NCBI GenBank assembly: GCA_900088475.1
Contig: FLMG01000941.1
Coordinates: 1-64,000 of the forward strand
DNA: 64,000 bases
Origin: Hyphochytrium catenoides
Lineage: Eukaryota; Protista; Hyphochytriomycota
Direction of reading: 5' to 3'
Shown: positions 25,475 through 38,260 of the stretch, piece after piece
Numbering within the stretch: position 1 is the stretch's first letter
Layout of the letters: each line of letters starts with the position of its first letter
The notes under the pieces: generated by a model
The model's input: only the letters and a program-made list of their open reading frames with translations
The model's database searches: none
What the model was told of the DNA's origin: nothing
Translations under genes and position numbers: made by a program

Positions 25475-28400
25475 TCAAATATTGAAGAGATACTCCATGA
25501 TCCGTGTGCACAAGCTCCCTCTCTTCACTGGAGCTCTCAAAAGATCTGAACTATCATCAACGACGCTGAAGGACCGGGTATGGCGCTGCGAAGATGGAAG
25601 TGAGCAGGTTAAAAGGAGGTAAATCTTATGTTCGCAAGGCGCGTCCAGAATTGAGAGCTCTAGACGTAGGGGACAGGAAGCCAAGCAAGAGGCACAGCGG
25701 ATCCACAGAGGACTGGAAAGGTAGTAGACAGAGGGTAAGGGGAACAAAATAAGCTGGGCAGCACATGTAGTTAGGAGTAACCCCTCCTAACCTGTGCGCG
25801 TGACATAAGGCGAGACGATGAGCCCCGGTAGACTTCCTCGTTCGTCACTGGGTCGTATCCTAGCTGAGCCATCACTTCTGCGGCGCAGGGAGCCACTCCC
25901 AGCATCGTTGTGCCCTCAACCACCTGTCAAAGGCGACGGTGAAGGAGGACCAGACAAGAGAGACAAAGAATACAATTAAGCCAAAGTCAAAGCCATGTTT
26001 ATCATCTAAGCGGGAGAGAGGGGTCGAGAACAAAGCACTAGGCGCATTGCGTGGAAGAAGCTGTAAGGAAAAGAAGCCTCAGATAGCAATTGGACATAAA
26101 TATGGCTGTCATCATAGAGTCAGCCGAATGCGTATCATCAGTGGCTTACATCTAAAGACAGTGAAAGAGGAATATTATCTCCCCACATCCCTCGCACCCA
26201 GCGCACCTCTCAGCTCTCCTCCCCATCTTGGCCATGCGGTTTTTCCCTTTTCTTTGTCCCGCTTTCTCTCTCTTTATCCAATGTGCAATGGTCTCTCAAG
26301 AAAACTAAATGCGCACGATCTTCTCTTGCCATATCTTACCTTGCCATTTTGACTGAGTGCCTTCTCCGCCTGAAGCTTTGTCTCGTACTGAATGTGAAGC
26401 CAGTTTCCAGGCCCTACCCTGTGGCGGACAACATCGCCTACCCGAGAGAGAGAGAGGATCACGATAGAAGAGAGGGAACATCGTGGAATAAGCGATTTAA
26501 GGAATCAACAAGAGCAAAATAAATGAAAGGAGAAGAAGGCGGAAAAGTTATAAGGGAGGCAGAGAAGGTGGAAGAGAGAGAGGAAGACTTACGACGACCA
26601 CTGTTGACAAGGACTTACCGAAGCTTTGAAAGCGCGTCAGGATAGCTGAGACCTGGTTAGGCTGAAAGCCAAAGACAGTAACCCAGTGAGCTCGAGAGCC
26701 GCTGGTGAGTACTCGCCCCTCTCCACCGCGTCCTGAGCGGAGAGAGAGCTCTCCTTCGAGAGAATTAGAAGGGAGAGGAGAGTCTAGCGCCATGGAGGAA
26801 ACGCCTGGTGTCACATTGTTGGTGGCTCCTAAGGTCATAAGGCTGTTATTAGGTGCTGGGGGTGCAGGGGTGCTTGCAATTTCTCCACTCTTCGCGACAC
26901 AGTCTTCCTCTTTTGTTTCTCTCACTCAAAGCGGCTGCAGCCCCACGTCATCACCGCGCTCCTCCTTCAGCCAATTCCTTCCCTTTCTTCGCCTTGTCTG
27001 TCCTTTACTCGCTCCCTCCTCAGCTTCAGAGCCCACGCATTGTGGTCCTAGCGCCGTCACACGTCGCGGAACACTACTGAGAAGATAGCTGTTTTCCTCC
27101 TTTTACTTCTCTTCCGCTCTCTCTTTCTCTCTCTCCTGCGCCATACTGAGTAGAGTCCCGATTACCTGAAGCATCCTTCACAGGTGTTCGTGGGTCATAG
27201 GCGGAAGTAATATCTGCGTCTGTCAGGAGAGAGCGGAAAGGTGGCGGTTCCATAGAATGTAAAGGTCTTCTGTCTGTCCCTTCGCTCACTGAGTCTCTCC
27301 TTTCTTTCGAAACTCCGCTAAGATCATCTCTTCCTCTTCGCCGTCTTCAATTTCAACGAAGAAAGGGTTAAAGAAGATGAAAAATGAGACGCCGAGAGAA
27401 AGAGAGACAGAAAGAGGCAAGTAAACCGATGGTAAATTAGGCAGCCTTCTGATGGAAGACGCTAGACGTTGTCGTTTGCTCTATGGCACTTCTAAGAATT
27501 CTGGCCACGGCAAACTCCTAGCCGTAGGTCTTATAAAGTAAGAGCACCGGACACCGGAGAAGGAGAACAGGAGAAGAAGAGTGTAACTCTCCTTCGGCTT
27601 ACCTAAGGTACTGCTGGTCGTATGAAGAGTTGCCCGTCGCTCCTGGCCATGGGGATTCCAGGAGAGAATTGGCAGGAGGTGCAGCAAACCCAAGGGACTC
27701 ACTTCGTCTGAGATCGCTGTTGAACGACGATTGAAGAATGTGAAGCGCAAGCAAGGAGCAGAGAGAAAAGAAAGAAGGGAAAAGGAGGCAAAGAGAGCAA
27801 CAGATATAGAGAAAGAAAGAGATTAGGTACAGGTAGGCTTGGCTAGGCTTTCGGCTCGAAGACTGAGGGTGAGACAGTGTCGGCCAAGGGCATCAGACGA
27901 AAGAGAAGGATCATGAGAGAGAGACAGACAGACAGACACAGTGTGTTGAGAAAGAGAGAGAGATTGGTCCAATCTCTCATGAACTCTCGCGAAGGAAGAC
28001 AAGCAACGGGTTTATATGGAGCCTCAATGTGCAGAATAAGCAAGGCGTGGGACAACAGGAAGAGGGACACTGGGGAATAGGCGAAGCGCCTTCAACCTCA
28101 GTCCTAACCTGTAGGAGGATCGGAGCTCAGATGAAGCGGAATAGGGCGATTTGCTCTCCTGTGCGGCCGCATACGAGGGAGGAGAGACGAGGAGAGAAGG
28201 TAGATATTCCGTCTTTGCTTGTGAGACCACGGGGCTCAGAGGAGAGGTTCGCGCTGAAGAGAAGCTTCCGCCATAGGAACTGCGCTGTGCGTTGAGGTTT
28301 GAGTAGTCAGAAGAGCGTCTGGACAGCGACCAGAAAGAGAGAGAGAGAGAGAGAGCCAAAGTAAGAGAGAGAGAGAGAGAGAGAGCACAAAAGAGAGAGA

Positions 28401-28560
28401 GCAAAAGAGAGAGACGGAGGTTGTCAGCTGTTATCAAAGCTGGGTGGCCTATGGAAATTTGAGGCTCAAGACCTTACCCGAAGCCGCTGTATTGTCGATC
28501 TCTCGAGGAGTCTGCGGCATACCCCACGGGGCCCGGGATTGATGTTGAAGCCGAGAACAT
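25475..28560 (-). CDS. NUP35: Nucleoporin Nup35/Nup53 (RRM/MPPN domain)
   Basis: HWVTVFGFQPNQVSAILTRFQSFG / VVRHRVGPGNWLHIQYETKLQAEKALSQNGK; N-terminal YLPSLL and PPFRSL; C-terminal amphipathic CTRIMEYLFNI*. Confidence 0.88.
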
Positions 28561-28639
28561 TCTGACGGCAGAACCAAGGCAGATGCGAAGAGAAAGAAAG
28601 ACCAGAGACAGAGAGAATCGGCAACAGGCCAGGAGACAA

Positions 28640-28671
28640 AGACAAGGGAAGCAAGTAAAGACAGAGAGAGA

Positions 28672-28730
<59 letters not shown>

Positions 28731-29381
28731 AAGAAAAGACAGAAGAAAGTAGCAGTGCGAAAAGCCGCTATTGAGGTGCTCTGGCAAGAGCTTTGTCGTC
28801 TTGTCTATCGGCTCCCGAGTGGTGTCTCAACTGGGCTATGGATTGAAGCTTTCTCTTTGTAGAGCCGGACGGGCAGGGCTTCACACTCCAGCCGGCACAT
28901 CCGCCGCCAAAATTGGGGGCCTCTCTTTCCCCTCGTTATTCTCTCTCTCTCTCTCCCCCTCTTTCTCCCTTGTCTATCTTATCTCCTGTCTCTCTCTCTC
29001 TCTCCCTCTCTCTCTCCCTCTCTCTCTCTCACCCTCTCTCTCTCTCACTCGCTCTCTCTATTTCTCTTATTCTCTCTCTCCCTCTCTCTCTCTCTCTTCC
29101 TGCCTCTCTCTCTCCCTCCCTCGCTCTCTCATCACCAACCGCGAACCACAAAAATCAAAAATAAACGAACGGCAGCGACATATCTTTCCATTCTTTCAGA
29201 AGCCGAGAGTTTCCTATTTATCTTTCACTTCCATCTCAGTACATATCAATACCATGCATCATTGTTTCAAAGGTTTCATTCAATTCAATGGGAATCAGTT
29301 CTCTAACTTTCAAGTGCTCCAGGAGAAAAGAGACACATTGATCAGGCATCAGAGAGAGGTTGGAAGAGAGCCACAGAGAGA

Positions 29382-29419
<38 letters not shown>

Positions 29420-29423
29420 AGAG

Positions 29424-29472
<49 letters not shown>

Positions 29473-29512
29473 GAAAGAGAGAGAAGAGAGAGAAGAGAGA
29501 GAAGAGAGAGAA
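28640..29512. repeat. (GA)n/(CT)n microsatellite cluster
   Basis: GA tract 28640-28745, CT tract 28920-29130, GA tract 29350-29512. Confidence 0.9.
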
Positions 29513-30660
29513 AGTTGTGCTGATCGCAGCATCTCAGACTTGACGCTTCGCAGATCTGATCCATCAAGCCGACAAGGGCGGCGGGTTTATCGTCAATATC
29601 TCTTCCATCAGTAATGGAAGGATGCAGCACGGCACATCTCCGCCAGCTCAGCAGCTCGCAAGCGGATAACAAGGTCAAGGGAAAGAGCCCTCTTAGGAAG
29701 GACGAGGTAAAGCGTCAGCCTAGACGGAAGCTTAGAACTGGCTGGTAAATAGTAGTACTGGCACCAGCAGAAGATGGGATTCAAAGCGCTACGCCTCTAC
29801 GGAATCCGTTCTATGCCTTGCGAAACCACAGCCCAGATCTTGGCGGTATCTAGCGAAGGTTAGGGATGCTCTCGGCGTAGGGATAGTTATGATCTCAGTG
29901 CGGAAAGGGAACTTGACCCAGAGCTTGATGTGGGGATTTAACTCAATGTCTTCCTCGACTCTGTTGGAAGCTAGCCGCCTCCGTGCTTACGCGACCGGAG
30001 ATTAGCCCAGCGATGTATCATTACAAGATCGTGGTAGTCAGTCACCTTCGTCACACTATCCGCCATGGAAGCATCACCACCCCGCTCAAAGAACGCCAAC
30101 GGGTCTATCAGAAATGCAGCAAGAAAAAATTTATCTGAGGTAGCGATCCCTGCACCGCACGCTGACAATAGCGGAGGAGACGGCACTAACAAAGAAGAGA
30201 TCGGCTATTTATGGCTGAGTAGGAATAACCACTCTGTTTCTATAAAAAGAAGAGGCCATTCATCCAGGAAGAGAAAGCTAGGTCAGCTTATTGAAATAAA
30301 AGAAAGAGAGGATAGGGAGAGGAGACACAGACGGAGAGAACTAAAGAGCATGTTCGTAAGAATTAGTTTAAAGCGAATAGAGACAGAAGAGTGCAAATGA
30401 GTGGAGAAGAAAGTGAGTGAAGAGATAATATCAGAAGAAAGAGAGGAGAGGTAGGTCGTAGTCTCGGGGTGACGAGACATCAAGAGCGCTGACTCGATGT
30501 CAGAGCTTAGTGTACGAAACCTGCCATGAAAAGGAAGCAATGATGGGAAGACTACCAACAAGTGAAAGAAACAACAAGTGAAAGAAAAACTGCTGCGCAG
30601 CAGCCCGTCTGAAGAAATGGTGGAAGGAAGCTCTCATTCTGGTGTGCTGCTGCTTGGTAA

Positions 30661-30855
30661 AATATCCGGCGGATATTAGGTTTTCCTGGTGCGGTTAGAG
30701 GATGGGCTGAACTCGCTCCTCAGTCTCAGATTTGCTCAGTCATCAGCCTAAGCTCTTGCCGCCTGCCCAGAACCTGGACAGCGGCAACGGAGAGGGAAGG
30801 CACAGCTGACTACCCCTATGGAGCGCAGCAGAAACAGTCAACAGCCCGCCCGCCC
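30661..30855 (-). ncRNA. Dispersed structured element, copy 2 (candidate structured RNA or SINE-like element)
   Basis: Homologous to 8662-8739 and 38500-38686; several hairpins conserved between copies. Confidence 0.45.
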
Positions 30856-31549
30856 TTCGCTGCGCTGGATCTATTATGTTAGTGGAGATAGTACGTATTT
30901 ATTATTTAGTCGGGGCGTTAAGGAGGAGCACATACTTTTTTTACGCTTAGTTCTTGTTGTTAGTTAGTTGAAGAGTTCGGACACGGCTATTACTAACGGG
31001 GCAAGAGCCTGCTCCCGCTAGACCCAGCTAGGCGACAAAGAGAGCTCTCAGGCTAGTAATGTCAAGCGCCAGTTTGATCCCCCAGCCAGAGGCTTATTAT
31101 CATACATCTGCATGCTCTGTCACTCGTCCTGGTGAGCAGAAGGAAAAGCTAGTCCCTTCATCGTTCGGCTAGTTGTCTTCTTCGGCCCCCCCGGTGCGTC
31201 TCGTCCTAATCCATCGGGAGCCACAACCAACTCTGACGGCTCGTAGTTGTGCTCCAGATGGAGACTTCCATTGCTCAACAACAACAGACACAAGGAGACA
31301 GATGTAACATAATTAATGAAAATATAATGATGCACAGTTCCTAAAATGCTGCTAGCATGCGCAAACCCTCAGTACGTGAGATAGCTCCACTTAGGCTTAG
31401 GAAGCGGAAGGCAGACAAGGGATGAAGAAGATCGCATTTTCTCAGACAGTGACAAAGAGACGAAGCGGAAAGGTTATTACGGTTTGCAGAAGAGGAGAAG
31501 AGCAAAGAGACACCACCGAAGAAGAGAGGCAAGAATCGTTGGAAGGTTG

Positions 31550-33922
31550 TCAGGATTCTTCAATTGGGTGGTCCATCCTCGGACATTCTTCTTCATTTTT
31601 AGAAGCTTCAGTCACGGCTTGAAATGATGATATAATACTCTCTGCTGCGGTGTTCAGCTTCTCGAAACAATCAATCGGAACGGTATTTGCTCGGCTCTCG
31701 AGTCCTTCCCCCTGCTGGTTGGAAGGTAGTGAGGAGCGCACTGTTTCGGTAGCCACACGGATGCTCAGAAGTGTTCCGTGAGAGGTCTCATATAACAGGC
31801 GCCGTTGAGCCACATCAAATCTGTCTTTGTGGCGCTGAAGCTCCCTCCGTAGTAGACGGTCTGCTTCTTCCTCTTTTTCCCTTTTCTTCTCCTCGTCCTC
31901 CATTTTCTTTAGCAACTCCGCCTTCGCTTCCTCAACCAGAGTAGTGGTAATCTTCTTCAAACCTGTATCTGTATCCCTTTTCAGGTCGTCCATCTTCTTG
32001 TCCACATGCGCTTTTAGTCCGACCAATTGGTGGTTGAGAGCATCAATTCTAAGCCCATTGATATCGCTTTCAGCAATACTTGTTGTATGTTGTATGCGCT
32101 CCTCGTCGTCTTGTCTCTGAACGCCGCCATGAATCGACTCCAGAGGAGGATAGTAAGGAAGGATCATGGCCAAAGGTACCCTTGATGTCGGACAGAGTAT
32201 AACGTCGAAGGTTTGAAGACCCGTCGCTCTAATCTCGATCCTGCCAGTGAAGGGAGACCACTTACAACATGAGCCGTTCATCAGCTGAAGGCTACCATCA
32301 TCCAGGGACCTCAACTCCAGTCGGTAATCATGCCTTTCAGCAGTCCCCATTTCAAGGACAGTCGTACTCCCTTGGGGAGTTTTTTCTAGATCTTTGGCCA
32401 TTCCGTTGCTAAAGAAAACTCGAGCAAATATATTGCTCTTTTGCAGGCCGTCTTCAGCAAGTCTTCTCGCCTCCTCTATCCCAGCCTTTTTCACCTCTCC
32501 CAGCTTGGGCTTCTTAGAGGTCGCAAAGAAGGGAAGAGACAGGATTCGGCCTCCTCCTATTGGGATAGGATAACTTGCTTTCTCTTGCCGTCCTAGCTCT
32601 CTAAGACTGCCAAGGGTAATCCTTGTGCTTTCCTCGTCGAGCTCGAAGACAGGAAGACAGAGAACCTTCTCGTTTACTGTGAACGAGCAGATTTCGTCCA
32701 CAGTCCTGGATAGAAAGAAGCTAGCCCCCACGAGTGTAACGGCGTCCTCCTCGCCCGCAATCATGCCCGGTTCCCCTTCGTTGCTGCCGTTCGACGTCCA
32801 GTATATGATGGCCGACGTAGTGTTTCTCCTTTTCAGAGTATGCAAAGGGACAAAGAGCTGAGGGCTGATGAACTCAGCATCTTCAGGATAGAACCGTAGC
32901 TCCCTATTATGCTTCCTTTCACAGGCTTGAGCATGCCTCCCCATCCCTCTCGCAGACTTCTCAACATTGCAAAAGGGACATCTAACTCTTTGCTCTTGCG
33001 CCCGAGGAGTGTCCGTCGAAGCTTGTTGTCGTGGAGGAGTCGATGCACCTCTCCTCCTCTGCCGCTTGTTGCCACGGCGGCCATCAAGCTCCTGCTGTTT
33101 CCTTCGTCTCCTTCTCCTCCTGGAACCTTTATTTTCACACGAAGGAGGAGCAGTTGGGAACTCCTCTTGTCCTTCGCTGGCTGACCGTGGCTTCTCTTTA
33201 CACCAATACTTTATGTGCTTCAGCAACCCTCCTCTCCGTGGTGTAACCCTTTTAGGACAGTACTGGCATTGAACTTTACCATCAGTTTCCGGCCGGTTCT
33301 CAGACCTTGCACCAATATTGACGGGGGTCGTATTAATTTCCCGGTTCTCTTCCTCCACTCTCCCGATCACTAGTAGAGAAGCTGCGCCTCTTCCCTCGCT
33401 CCGCTGACCAGTCTCATCAAGTCCTTGAGCCCCTGGCGGCAGAAAAGGTTGAGATCTAGTAGAGGAGGGGAAGTCTTCACAATCGCTGTTCCTCCCATCG
33501 AAACTTCGGTTACTCTCAGATGCTGAAGAGATGGATGGTGCCCTAACTGATTCGATGTGGGTGTCGTCGGACGAGGCAAAGGTATCGTTGTCAGAAGCTG
33601 TTTCAAACTCCTGCTGATGAGGATAACTGAATGCTGAAACTTCTGGCTGTTGAGTTTCCACCATTGACCTCTGAGAACTTGACAAGGGGTTGCCGTTATT
33701 GCGATAGTAGTCGGGCGAAGGACAGCCTGGGGATCGCCGCCGCCGCTCGTCAATCCCCACACCACTAATGCTGTGGCCACTTCTAAACAGGACATCCTCC
33801 ATTCTCGCCATCTCTTGCCCGCGCTGTCCAGTATGTCCGAACATCCAAAATTTGGAGATAGAGCAGAACCTCCAGAAGAAAGTGACTTCAATTATTAGTA
33901 GATAGTACAAGAAGAAAAGCAC
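31550..33922 (-). CDS. Orphan intronless protein with two C2HC-type zinc fingers, an Arg-rich NLS-like region and a C-terminal coiled coil; possibly TE-derived (true start probably near 33810-33845)
   Basis: CQYCPKRVTPRRGGLLKHIKYWC and CPFCNVEKSARGMGRHAQAC; RRRRRRRK; E/K-rich helix; 790-codon ORF. Confidence 0.7.
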   Translation of the reverse strand: MLFFLYYLLIIEVTFFWRFCSISKFWMFGHTGQRGQEMARMEDVLFRSGHSISGVGIDERRRRSPGCPSPDYYRNNGNPLSSSQRSMVETQQPEVSAFSYPHQQEFETASDNDTFASSDDTHIESVRAPSISSASESNRSFDGRNSDCEDFPSSTRSQPFLPPGAQGLDETGQRSEGRGAASLLVIGRVEEENREINTTPVNIGARSENRPETDGKVQCQYCPKRVTPRRGGLLKHIKYWCKEKPRSASEGQEEFPTAPPSCENKGSRRRRRRRKQQELDGRRGNKRQRRRGASTPPRQQASTDTPRAQEQRVRCPFCNVEKSARGMGRHAQACERKHNRELRFYPEDAEFISPQLFVPLHTLKRRNTTSAIIYWTSNGSNEGEPGMIAGEEDAVTLVGASFFLSRTVDEICSFTVNEKVLCLPVFELDEESTRITLGSLRELGRQEKASYPIPIGGGRILSLPFFATSKKPKLGEVKKAGIEEARRLAEDGLQKSNIFARVFFSNGMAKDLEKTPQGSTTVLEMGTAERHDYRLELRSLDDGSLQLMNGSCCKWSPFTGRIEIRATGLQTFDVILCPTSRVPLAMILPYYPPLESIHGGVQRQDDEERIQHTTSIAESDINGLRIDALNHQLVGLKAHVDKKMDDLKRDTDTGLKKITTTLVEEAKAELLKKMEDEEKKREKEEEADRLLRRELQRHKDRFDVAQRRLLYETSHGTLLSIRVATETVRSSLPSNQQGEGLESRANTVPIDCFEKLNTAAESIISSFQAVTEASKNEEECPRMDHPIEES

Positions 33923-36900
33923 TGCTGCTAGCTATGCCACTTCTTGAGAAATGAGAGCTTTCCTTCTTCCCTGCGTCCTGGGAATCTGTATCGGGCGTCT
34001 TTCCTGCTGCTGCTGTGGCTGCGACCTCGATCTTTATGCCACGACGGTGATTGTTGAGGATGCCGCCCGAATGAGACGATGCCTGGTGCCTTCTTCGCCA
34101 GCCGTGTTACTACCCAGCAGTGTAGTAATGTGATTGCAGGTAGAGAGGAGGAGGAGAAGAGCCCTCCTGGAAGACCGAGATGAGAGAAAGAAGAAGGAAA
34201 GAAGGGCGATGTCAGCTGCTAGGAGCGATGGTTCTTCAAATTCAAGGCCGTGGTGCCGGGTCATTTCTCAACACCTAATAAGTCGCTCTGGCTTCCAGCC
34301 ACCAGGAGAAATGATAATAACGACGATGATCCTCTTTTTTAGGTACTGCAGTTCATAGTAGTACCTCCTACTACAGTATTAAAGAAGCTTCAGCGTTTAG
34401 TCAGAAGATCTCCCTACATACGACGCTTTCCTATAGGGGCAGCTGCATGTGTGACCTGAGTAGTGCCAAACAACGATACGACAAAGTAGCCCGCAGCAAA
34501 ATAGGCGGAGGGAGATGGAGAAGAAGTGTCACAATGAACTCTAATAATTAATTCATTGTAGAAATAGTCAATAAAAGTAGTAATTATAACAAGAGCCAAG
34601 TCGAAGACCCCTCCTTTCAGTTCCACTTTCTACCGATCAGAACTCCATGTTCGTTCTTATGAGGGTTTCGTTTCTTCCTTCGCACAACTAATCACAGCTA
34701 CAGCTGGTTCCTAACGTGATCTCATGGCAGTTGTTCTGTTCTTCCGACACCACTCCCAGCAAACAAAGCCCGTCAACCATCTTCTGTTCAAATTGACTCA
34801 CTACTAGTCTTCTTTGTGCTAGCTAACTGACCTAAAGGTGTACAAGTACTAAGCGAGACTGAAGAGGATCTTCATCACACCTAATAATAAGAGTAGCACC
34901 CCCGTTTCAGCCCTATAACAAAGTAGTTCCGCTGCGACTACTGAACACCGCTTTCTGGTGAGGATGCTACTATTTTACAACAGTGTAAACAGCTAGGAAC
35001 TACTAAGAAAAGCTGAATGAATCTTCTTCAACCAAATTTGTGACGCCATGCCGCCACCCTGTTGTGCCTCCGTCTTCGCGTGAACAGACCTTTCTCATGA
35101 AAGTGCTCGCACACGGCCGGAGAAGTTTGAAGATATATCAAAGTAATAATAAAGCTATTTCGGTTCCACTGTCTCCTACTGCTATTATCATCTACAACCA
35201 ACAACAAGTGGTGGTATTATGACGGTTAGCACCATTCACAACCCCTTCAGAGACAGGGACCGTCCCCCCGCATCTTCTTTTCCTCGTCGAAAGCTTTTTA
35301 TAAATATATCCGCTCCGTCGCCCTCCCGGCTTCGTAAAAGAGAACCCGCAAATTCTGATGGAACATCAACGCTTCCCTATCCATGCCCCTTCCATAGAAA
35401 TATATCTAAAGAGAACTCCTTCCCCCTCCTCCTTCCCATCAGTTTGTCAGCCCACCCCCGCTCCCCCTTCTTTTACTTTTCTGGAGGAAATGTGGCCTTT
35501 ATTACTAGAAAAAATTAAGGAGTGACTAGTAGACTACTGTTCTTGCTTCAAGACGTGGTTGGTGTTTGTTTAGTGTAGATTTCTCTTGAAGAAGAACCCT
35601 CCTCTTATTAGTAGTATTAGGTCTAGAGCTACTGTGCCGGAACTCCTTTTGCCTTCTTTAGGGCGGAGGGAGGAGGGAGGGGCGCCCTTCAGTCAACCAA
35701 CAAGGTCAGATAGGCCACTGCAAGGTCGAAGCTTAACTGCAGATGCCCGCGTCTAGTAGGTCACCTGGCGTTGTTCTGGCATTCTGAAGAAGTCCTAAGA
35801 ACAAGAGTCCAAAAGTTCTTATGAGGCCACTGGCTCCGGGACCGCAAAGGGTCATTCTTCTTCGTCTTCTCTCTGATAATAGCATTATTGTAAGATGCGC
35901 TTCAGATCAAAACATATTCCTCTTGAGCAGCTGGACCCTTCTCTTGCTTGCCTAGGAGCGGTCGACGAGATGGATGATGATGACATTGTGGGTGGTGGTT
36001 CACACTCTCCTCCTTCTTCTCCCCTTGTTATTACTGAGGAGATCAACTATGATAACTCCTTGGCTGATGATGAGCGTGGAGCAGATCGAGCTGAGGACGA
36101 GACCAGGGCAGTTATAGCTTTTTCTTGTCTCTTCTTCTTCCTCTTCTTTTCTTTTTTTTTTTCTCCTGTCATCTCCTTCTTTCCTCCTTCTTTCACTACG
36201 AACAAGAAGAACGATTATTCTGCAGGGCTTTTCTTTGAATAAGAATGCGCTCTCCCCGTTGCGGCCTTGCAGCAGGAGGACAGAAATCCTCTCAGGCCGC
36301 AGCGAGAGCTAGAGAGAGGAAGTCCCAACAACACTGCCACACCGGTCAGACATAACGCTGAGCGACTCTTCCTTGGAAGAATTACCGTCCCCGTGGCCCC
36401 ATGCACCAAAGAAGGGACCCCCACTCTAAAGGGAACCGAGCCTTTATTACTACAGGTTGGAGGTAGCTCAAAGTGTTACGACTTGCTGCTGCACCTGTAC
36501 GACAATCGCGCCGCGCCGGCTTGAAATGAACGACAGAAGGAAGACAGCAGCAATGCATGATGGTTCGACATATAAAAAGAGTTGAGAACAAGGACCTAAC
36601 AACAGAGGTATTAGTAGAGAAAACCCCCCGGAAAGAGGAGAAGTGTCACGAAGAAGAAGAGAAGTGTCTTTTGTGAGAAGGGGGCAGACTCAGAGATTAT
36701 TCATCATCCAGTCCACTCTTGAATTTCCAGCAGGAGCACCTTATCCGTAGTGGAAGGTGAGCAAGAATTCATGTTCCAGATTAGATTTTTGGCCGCCATT
36801 GATCGGTTGAGCAAGAGCGTGTTCAAAATCCGATTCCTCTGCCCGTCTGCCTTTCTGTTGTCCCCTCTGTAAAGCAGGACATAATAGCCTCCTCGTTCCT

Positions 36901-38260
36901 TCAGTGCTCATAGCAGCACCACCCTGTTAATAGCTTCAAGCGAATTAACGCTATTCTTATCAATGGCTGGTTCTATGATAATAAGCGTGATCTAACCCTT
37001 ACGACAATAGAATGCCGAAAGAAGGGGAAGAAGACCAACCACAAGCCTCCTCCTCGTCATCATCAGCAGCAGAAGGAGCAGACCACCAAGACATGAAGGA
37101 TGAAGCTAACGGAGAAGAGAGCAGCGAAATGGAGGTGGCAGTGGTGGCCATGCACGAGTACATAAAGGCTATGAGAGCGGGAACTCTGGCGGACTTGCCT
37201 CCTACTGTTCGAGAACGCGCATTGAGCGCTGCAAGCAGGCATGATGGAGCCACTTTGAGAGCTCTGCTTCAAGCTCCGAAGGACATCGCCCATAAAAGCC
37301 GGGACAATCTTGCTAGCGAGTAGGACCTCAGCTACCATGAATCGAAAAGATAACAAAGGAGGAAGAGGAACAGTTCATCGAGGAACGAGCCCATCGGAAG
37401 GAAGGCGGCCCGTGGTACAGAGATAAACGGGTAGTTTCAGAACCAAAATAGGCTGTCCTGACGTTAAAAGTAGAGCGCACACCAAGTAATGACCAGGAAC
37501 ACTAGACAATAATATAATTCGTTGTACCTCCTCGATCATTAGTTCTGCAGATGATCGGTTCTACGACTGAGGGCTTTTCTCCTGCCGATGGTGAAACTAA
37601 AACTGAGCAGCGGACACAAGTAGTGGAATTGAGGAAGGCCGAAGAAGGTTCATCGTAGCGCATACGCAAGCACCAGATGAGATGCCACACGTGACCACTT
37701 TTGTTTGGACGAGAGGTCAACCTTGGAGGGGGTTAAGGGAGGAGAAGTAGCTTAAGTCACGCCAACGACGATGTACTAACGCTGTGACTTTGAGAGGAGC
37801 GGGAGCTTAACACGTCGTCATTACTATCCTCAAAGCAAATGCTTGCAGAGTAGAAGGCAGTCCCATCATCAGTAGAACTTCTGGTCACTAAATAAGTCGC
37901 GGTTCGCTGCAGCACGGGAACGAATAGGACGTTGTTCCCTCTAGGTCACGGAGGGTAATGTTACCCCTTGTATGCTCCAGAAGCTCTTCGGAGTGTTGCT
38001 GCAATTGACCGATGCACTGCTTGGTCAATCCTGATGCCTCTTCAGATCCCTATGATCTTCAGCAACGTTAAGCTGACTAGCTTACTCTCGGTGCTAAGTG
38101 CTGTAAGTGCTCTTTGAGCGGTTGGATGCTACTCTCAGTGTTTATGACGCAAGTTTTGCTGACGTTATGCCAATGTCCTTCAATGACACCAACTTGCAGT
38201 TGATATCGTTCCTCACCTGCTCCTAGATTCATCTGAGAATTATTGTTCCTCTGTGATGGG

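Noticed and set aside
28449-29678. ORFs rich in SL or ER dipeptides (also at 42115-42532 and 45486-46125)
   Set aside because: Translations of CT/GA microsatellites
30730-30760. CUGAUGA (hammerhead core) on the minus strand of element copy 2
   Set aside because: Not conserved in copy 3, and no correctly placed stems or GAAA
37012-37323. 103-aa ATG-initiated ORF
   Set aside because: Plausible composition but no motif, splice partners or homology that I can support
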